64,000 nucleotides of DNA, from NCBI RefSeq assembly GCF_009834535.1, contig NC_045708.1, forward strand, positions 18,104,001-18,168,000, read 5' to 3'. The notes below the pieces were generated by a model. That model searched no databases. It was not told the origin of the DNA and worked only from the letters and a program-made list of their open reading frames with translations. How positions within the stretch are numbered: the stretch's first letter is position 1; each line of letters opens with the position of its first letter. Both the position numbers and the translations under genes were made by a program. Below, piece by piece: positions 56,939 to 64,000 of this stretch. The stretch comes from Camelus ferus. Lineage: Eukaryota.

Positions 56939-59542
56939 GGTGGGTGCCGCTAGTCTCCCTGGTGTCCTGTGGGGTGGAAGCGGTAATGAGGACCAGGGGC
57001 GTTCAAGGTACCAGGAAGCGGAAATTGGGGCATAGAGGTTCCTGACCTCTCATACACAAGAGAGCCATGCCCTCGGAGGATGCTCACCAGTGTCTGCCTT
57101 CCCAGGTCTGTCAGGGGGCGGGGCAACTAGACCTTTAAATCTGTCCCTTCCCCCGCCTGCCCGCCCTGCCAGCCTTAGGAGCAGCTGTCAGGAGAGATCA
57201 GCATCAGGCCTGAGCAGCACCTCCCCCACCCACCAGGGAGTCCAGGCTGGGTAGGCAGGAGAGGCCTTGCCTTGTAGCATTCAGAAGTCTCAGACCTGGA
57301 CCAGGTGTGGAAGGGCCTCCCCAGCCCTGCTCCTGGCCCTATCCCTGCCTCAGATGATTGGATGTCACCAGTTGGCTCTCAGCAAAGGAGGGGTTGGGTG
57401 CTTCTTAGTACCCCCCAAACAGGAGTAGGCCTTTTTCACTTGGTTTCTGTTAGGACAATCACACCTGCCTTGGAGAAGGGTGCATTCCACCTCTTTCCCC
57501 AAGACGGAGTTCCTGTAGAGATACCCCTACCTCAGTTTGGGGACTATAATAAAAGATCTGAATCTACTGATTAAGAACGCTGTCCGAGGTGCGCTAAAAA
57601 ATAGTAGCTGACTGTGCCGGGCATTGTTCTAAATACTTTACGTGGGTTATTTCACTTGGTATTGATTATCTCATAAAATGGGGAAAAAAGCATATTTTCA
57701 GAATAGCAGCATGTAGAGTATCAGCTTACAGAGAGAATGGAAGGACACCCAGAAAACTTTAACAGTGGCCCACACTGGGGAATGGGATGAGGACATGCTG
57801 GGGAAAGGGCACGTCCTCCTTACACTTAATGACCTACTGTTACCTTTGAAATTTTTACAGCATATATGTCCAAAGAACTTTTATAAACTCATAAAACTAC
57901 CTTCAAAATAGAAGCTGCAGTTTACTCTGTTCCTTGCTGCCTAGCCCTGCCAGTTGCTGGGGGCCCAGAGTAGAGGCACTGGTGTGGTTGTTAGGCCCCC
58001 AGTCCTTTTGGGGGCATATGTGAGTATAAGTGGTAAGTTCTTGTTCGTTTCTCTCCTACAAGATTGTGAGTTCAGGGAGGGTGGAGGCTGGCTGATTTCT
58101 CACCTCTATGTCTTGTGCCAGCTCAGGGTCAGTGTTGGATGAAATCAGGATGGTGGAGATGGGTCTGTGTTTACTGGGTTTCCCTAGAGCGCCACAGGGA
58201 GGCTAATGTAGGAAGAGGCAAAAACATTAGAGGAAGCAGCAAGGAGGAGTGTTGAAGGGATACACACCGTGCAGTGTGTGAAGTAAAGGACAAAGCCAGA
58301 GGTGAGGGCCATGTTGCAAATTTGGAACCCACTTGTTTATAAATGAGGGAGCAAGGCCTGTGGGGACCTGGAGTCCCCTTGAAGGAGGCAGCCAATGATC
58401 TGCATTCATGTTTGATGCCACCTGTGAAGGGGGAATGGGGTCAGCAGAGCTGGCCAAATTCCAGAGAACTCAATTTGTATGTGAAATTGTTAAATGATGA
58501 CCATTAAAACACATTACATGGACATCCATGAGCCAAATTTAGACTCTGTTTCGGACACTCCAGAGACATAGCTGCTGTTGATTGTGCCAAGTAGAGGGTC
58601 AGTGACCAAATGGTGAATCCACCTGTTCCCACACTGGCGACCCCAGCTTCTCCATTACTCTCTTGCATTCCCTGTCTTTAGTTGTTTGCTGATCAATTAG
58701 TGTGAGGAAGTGAGTCAAAGGCCACCCCCACAGTTCAGTGTTATTCATGCTGAGCAACAACACACTGATATCATTCGAAAAGGAAAATTTAAACTTGCCA
58801 GTCTTGTTATTTAATGCTAATAAATACATATTACTATGTCATAAATTTGTGATTTTTAATATATTTTGATGGTAATTGTCCTTGTAATCTTTAGCAGTTT
58901 GCTTTATGCTTTTAAAAGCATCATTCTGAGAAAGGGTCCAGAGGTTTCCCCAGACTGCCAAAAGGGTCCCCAGTACAAAAAAAAGACGGGGCTAAAAACC
59001 AGTTCTGAAGGTTTTAGAGCTGTTAACGTGGGTACTCTGCACAGCAGCACTCTGAAATCGGACTGATGATATCCATTTTACAGATAGGGAAACTGATGCC
59101 TGGTGGGTAGCCCTTGGTCTCACAGCTAACAAGCTGCAGAGCCGGGATTTGCACCCAAGCTCTGGCTCCCTAACCTCTGTGCTTTGTTGCTCACTGCTCA
59201 TTTTTTGGCCCCTCTTTGAGGAGCCTGAAGGTCAGGGTTTCACTTTGCCATCTGAGGTCAATTTTGGGCGGGGATCCCAAGCCAGTTCTGAGGTCGCCTG
59301 GGTCACACACCAGTGGCACCGCCCCTGGTTGCCCTGGGATGCCTGAAGAGCTGAGCAGGAGGAGGACAGGCAGTAGGCCAATGGTTGTTGCAGCTCCTCA
59401 CCTGGGCAGCCACGTGGGCTTAGGTATGCCAGTGGCTCCGCCCTGGGCCCAGCCCAGCCCCTCCCCAGCCAGGGCTCTGGGAGCGGAAATTCCTGTGTAG
59501 GCCAGACGGAACGGGTGTGGATCCCAGCTGCCGGACTTGGCC

Positions 59543-59594
59543 ATGGAGCCAGTAGCGACCTGGACCCCCAGGAAAGTGGCGGCTTGGCTGAGAG
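59543..59594 (+). CDS. CNKSR1: CNKSR1 coding exon 1
   Basis: gccATGG; MEPVATWTPRKVAAWLR+G|gtgggt (start of the SAM domain); GC boxes upstream ~59436. Confidence 0.9.
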
Positions 59595-61074
59595 GTGGGT
59601 GGGGCTGGGGCAGTGTTGGGCTTGAGAGGCACTGGGACAGGGAGAGGAAAAGGAAAAATGACCTGTTGAGTCCGTCAGTTGGTTAGTAAGTCAACAAGTA
59701 TTTATAGAGCGAGCGTCTGCCACGAACCTGGCAGAAGGATAGACGAGAAGACCTCGGGGTCCCTGGAGGAAACAGAAGTGGTCTCCTATCACCCTGGCAG
59801 CCTCTTGGGCTGCCAGGGTGGGAATGGGGAGGCAGTAGTTGTGTAATGAAAACAGAGGGTGTCTCCCCAGCAGGCACCACCCCCACTGTACGTCCTTCAT
59901 CTTCCATCTACCCCAGGGCTTAGGGGGCTGTTACTAAACCCACTTTTCAGAAGCTGAAACTGATGCACAGAAACCGAGACAGGAAGTGATTTGCTCAGGT
60001 TTTGGAAAAGGGCCGGCCCTGATGTCTTTTCCCTTCTCCCCACCTTGAGGCTCCCAGTGAGAGAAGCAGAAGCCCCAGCCAGACTGAAGAGTTTGGTACA
60101 GCCCCATCCTAGGTCACAGGGGGAGATGAGCCTAGATGGATGCAAAAGGGCCTAGACTGCCGAGAGACTCAGAGGAGTAAAGACTCTTTGACATGCAGCT
60201 GGGAGGGCGTAGGTGAGTCAGGACATCCCTCCTCGACGGGGGAGCTGGAGTACATGGATGATGGGGGGCAGACTCAGGGTGATCAGTCTCAGTAAAAGCA
60301 GGGATTCAGGGCCAGAGTCAGACTCTCAGACTAGGTTCCAGGCCCAGCCCCTCCGCTCAACAGTTCTGTGACCACAGGTCTCAGTTTCCCTATCCATAAA
60401 GTGGAAAAGTTTCCCTATCCATGAAGTGTCTCATTTGGTCCACTTCTCCTGACAAGGGCCTGGCACGTGTAGCTCAATGTCAGGGTCTGTTTAGAGGGAG
60501 GCGACCCGGCACATTCACCGTACACAGGAGATCGTGATCAAGTAGGAGAGGTTGATACTCTGGTGCAAGAGTTTATGGAGGTGCAGGGAACAGTGAGAGC
60601 AGCAGAGGCCCCCAACTGAGACTGGGGAGTTGTGGAAGGCTTCCTGGAGGGAGTTAGATGAAAAAGGACATGAAAAGCTGGAAGAGCAGTCCAGGCAGAA
60701 GCAACAGCACATGTGAGGCAAAAGAGCATTCCAGGAGCTGCAGGGAGTTAGCGCTCTGGTTCTGAAGTGCTGAGTTTGAGGGGCTGGGCCAAGAGATGAG
60801 GCTGAAGAGGCAGGTGGTGGTCTGATCAGACAGGGCCTTGTAGATCATGGTAAAGAGCCTGGCAATAATAATATGGGGGCTGTTATTGACTGTCTACCAT
60901 AAACCAAAAGAGGCCAAGTGCTTGACATGTGTCATGACATTTAATACATATGATTCGAAGGCAGGTGTTTTTACTACCCTCATTTTATAGGTGAGGAAAT
61001 TGAGACACAGAGTAACTAAGTTACTTGCTCAAGTGCTATCACTCAGGTCTCCTGACTCCATAGCCCCATCAAGC

Positions 61075-61250
61075 ATGACTTGAGCAAGCATCAGAACACC
61101 TGGAGGATCTGTTAAAACACAAACTGCTGGGCCTTGCTCCTGAGTTCTGATTCAGCAGGTGGAGGGTGGGGGTGGGTGGAGAATTTGTATCTCTAACAGG
61201 TTCTCCAGTGAGGCCGCTGCTGCTGGTCTGGGGACCATCCTTTGAGAGCT
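61075..61250. mobile_element. MER5A-like hAT element
   Basis: catcagaacacctggagg...gttaaaacaca...ttctgattcagcagg...gaatttgtatctctaacagg...gctgctggtctggggacca. Confidence 0.75.
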
Positions 61251-61411
61251 GCTGCCCTATACTATCCTACTTCTCAACTCAGTAGCCTTATCCGTGAACT
61301 GGGTCTCAGAATTGTCATTAGGACAAGAGCTTTGCAGGAGTGAAGAAGTGACTGGAAAGGCCTTGACACCCCCTGGCTCCCCCTACGCTGACCACCCTCC
61401 CACCCCTCCAG

Positions 61412-61569
61412 GCCTCGATGATTCCCTGCAGGACTATTGCTTTGAGGACTGGGAGCTGCCTGGCAAGTACCTGCTCCAGCTCTGTCCCCGAAGCCTGGAG
61501 GCTCTAACTGTGTGGCCTCTGGGCCACCAGGAGCTCATCCTGGAAGGGGTGGAGCAGCTCCGGGCCCTG
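61412..61569 (+). CDS. CNKSR1: CNKSR1 coding exon 2 (SAM)
   Basis: ccag|LDDSLQDYCFEDWELPGKYLLQLCPRSLEALTVWPLGHQELILEGVEQLRAL|gtgagt. Confidence 0.93.
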
Positions 61570-61673
61570 GTGAGTGAATGGTGGCCACACTGGCTGCAGC
61601 TTCTACCCACCTTGGGGGTGCTGATGGGGGGCCGGCCGCTGCCAGGAATTAACCTGCCCCTTCTCTGGCACAG

Positions 61674-61855
61674 AGCTCTGGGCTCCAGTCAGAGAACCTG
61701 CAGAGCCTGACAGAAGGGCTGCTGGAGAGGATCCAGGCATTTCAGAGCTTAGTCCAAGGTCACCTGAGGGGCTGTGCTGACACCCCTGCGAATGTCCTCA
61801 GCGCAGCCGTGGAGCTGGTGCAAGAGGCCCGTTCCCTCCTCTTCTGGCTCAACAG
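61674..61855 (+). CDS. CNKSR1: CNKSR1 coding exon 3 (CRIC)
   Basis: cacag|SSGLQSENLQSLTEGLL...AAVELVQEARSLLFWLN+AG|gtacct. Confidence 0.92.
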
Positions 61856-62460
61856 GTACCTTAGGCTTTTCCCAGGGTCTGAGTTACTGGTAAGAGGACC
61901 TGTTTCATCTTTGGGCTCCTCCAGGCCCTGGGAGAGAAAAATAGAGTTTGGCTTTTGTTCAGATATGGTGCAGCTGGGCAAAGAGGCTAATTGGTCTGTG
62001 CAGGAGCATTGGGATGCCTGGGTTCCCACCCCATCTCCAGCTTGTAATCATGACAGTCATATCAACAACACTGCATAGAGAGCTTCTCCACTCCCTTCAC
62101 TGGCTGCTGCTTGTCTCATAAGTCCTAGCGCTAATGTCACCTCCTCAGGGAAGCCTTCCCTGTTGTACACTCTCAGAGCTCCCTATGCTTCACAGCAGAA
62201 GTTAAATCATTATTGATGTAACTAGATGTATAACATCTGTCTCTCCAGTGCCTAAAACAGGGCCTGGCATGTAGTAGGTGCTTGACAGATAAGTCCTATG
62301 CTAAAATCTTTAGCTGTATCAGTCATCTTTACCCCAGATCAAAGCCCATCAGAGTGGGTATTACCCGCAAGTCTCAGATGCATAATCAGCTCAGAGTGGT
62401 TCAGTGACTTGACTGGTAAGCTCAGTTCCCTAACCATTGCTCTATCCTTCCCCCTGCCAG

Positions 62461-62545
62461 GTACCTCTTCTCCCACTTAAATGACTTCTCATCCTGCCAG
62501 GAGATTGGGGAGTTGTGCAGGGAGCTGGGCCAGGCCTTGCAGGAG
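62461..62545 (+). CDS. CNKSR1: CNKSR1 coding exon 4
   Basis: gccag|(R)YLFSHLNDFSSCQEIGELCRELGQALQE|gtagga. Confidence 0.92.
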
Positions 62546-62968
62546 GTAGGAGAACCAGGGGCCAGGCTTGGCCCAGACCGTAGAGACCAAGTCAGGGTAG
62601 AGCTTTTTATAACTTGTGAATCAGCACAGGATCGGATGTGAGAGCAGAAAGAGGAGAGGGCAGAAAGGGAGGAGGCACAGCCACTGGGTAGGAGGCGTTG
62701 GGGGTGTCAGTGGCTCCTAACTGATAGGGCAATTCAGGAAGTTTGTCTCTCAGGAGGGGGAGGGGCCAGGGAGGGCATGTATGGTGACTTCTGGGGGCCT
62801 GGCATCAGGGGGAAAGAGATCTTGGGGCCAAAGCTCTGGGGCCATGTCATTCTGGGAAGGGGGACAGGGTACAGGATGCAGGGAGGGACTGCAGGGACTC
62901 CCCTGCCCTCGGGGGAAGGCAGTGCCCCCTACTCAGGGTAGGCCTCTGCTCTCTCACTCTGCTTCCAG

Positions 62969-63010
62969 GACTGTCCAGCGGCTGAGAAGGAGAGCAAAGT
63001 CCTGAGGATT
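62969..63010 (+). CDS. CNKSR1: CNKSR1 coding exon 5
   Basis: ttccag|DCPAAEKESKVLRI|gtgagt. Confidence 0.9.
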
Positions 63011-63091
63011 GTGAGTATTGGGGCGGTGAGTGGGATGTGGAAATGGGGTGGGATGGGGCTCAGGCTAGACACGCTGCTCTCCCCACGCCAG

Positions 63092-63196
63092 TGCAGCCAC
63101 GTAGTTGGGATCTGCCACAGCATCCTGAGCTACAGCCCGGAGGAGCTGCGGGAGCAGAGGGCTGTGCTGGAGCGCGTGCCGCTGGACGATCCTTCG
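63092..63196 (+). CDS. CNKSR1: CNKSR1 coding exon 6
   Basis: gccag|CSHVVGICHSILSYSPEELREQRAVLERVPLDDPS|gtgagc. Confidence 0.9.
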
Positions 63197-63830
63197 GTGA
63201 GCCTGACCTCTCAACTCTCACCTCTGTCACCTCAGCAGCTATGTCTGGGCCCTGAAATCTGGTGCTAGGTTTCCATAGAATCCTATACCGTTATAGCTGG
63301 AAAGCCTTTTTTATACGAATGTTAATGGCCCAGAGGACTTCCCTGGGGTCTCGCTGTCATAAGCCCCTTCTCCAGTCCTGGGGGGCTGCAGCTGGTGTGG
63401 TCTCAGGTGACACATCCCAGCCCTGAGACATGGACCTGGCAGGTTAGGGGAGAGGGAAAAGGACATGACCTTTCTCTGCTTTAATCTTTGACCAGTTAGG
63501 AAAACCAGAGGCCCCAACCCTGCCCTGTCCCATTCCATCCCTGCTCAGCCCATAAGAACGTGGAGAGGGAGCTGCTGCGGGAGCCAGATGGGGTTCTGAA
63601 TCTCATACCTTGAAAGTCAGCAACCTGCTCCCCTCGGCCCTTGTCGGAGGAGAGGGCAGAGCCCAAAGAGGAGCGGCAGCAAGTTGGAAGGCACACAGCA
63701 AGTTGGGTGGTGCCACCTTGAGGCCAGCTCTCCCCTGTCCCAACCACCTACCAGTCCTGGTGCCCAGTGAGGTCTGGCCGTTAATCCTGAGGCCCCTACA
63801 CCCTCAGTGACTGCAGCTTCTGTCTCGCAG

Positions 63831-63890
63831 GGCCTGGAGATCCACACCACCAGCAACTGCCTGCACTTCGTGTCTCGAGTGGGCCCCCAG
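63831..63890 (+). CDS. CNKSR1: CNKSR1 coding exon 7 (start of PDZ); gene continues beyond the window
   Basis: tcgcag|GLEIHTTSNCLHFVSRVGPQ|gtgaga. Confidence 0.9.
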
Positions 63891-64000
63891 GTGAGAGCCC
63901 TGCACCCTTCTCAGCTGCCAACCCCCACAACCCTCTTACATGCCGGCCAAGCCAGCTTCCGGCCCCCCGAGGGTGCACCTTCTGAGCACCCCCACCCCAT

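Noticed and set aside
60383-60428. 21-bp direct repeat (period 25, one mismatch)
   Set aside because: Two copies only, inside a MIR remnant; a local slippage duplication, not an array.

Overview
Mammalian genomic DNA, almost certainly camelid (four Vic-1-type tRNA-derived SINEs), syntenic with human 1p36.11. Gene order: PDIK1L (+, kinase; CDS 19309-24310, partly N-masked), FAM110D (+, 48127-48939), C1orf232 (-, 4 coding exons, 183 aa), ZNF593 (+, 3 exons, 134 aa), ZNF593OS (-, 63-aa single-pass membrane microprotein, 2 coding exons) and CNKSR1 coding exons 1-7 (+, runs off the window). A TAF12 processed pseudogene sits inside an old L1 at 31.6-32.7 kb. The rest is MIR/L2/L1/hAT/ERVL repeats. 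The most interesting area is 50-57 kb. The minus-strand ZNF593OS unit appears to splice across ZNF593 into an antisense terminal exon, and the first coding exon of C1orf232 has an acceptor-like sequence 2 nt before its ATG. This suggests one minus-strand transcription unit that could make a microprotein mRNA, a bicistronic mRNA, or a uORF/AUGA stop-start mRNA, with ZNF593 nested antisense. Gene names come from remembered orthologue sequences and exon structures were built by hand; no database search or expression data were available.
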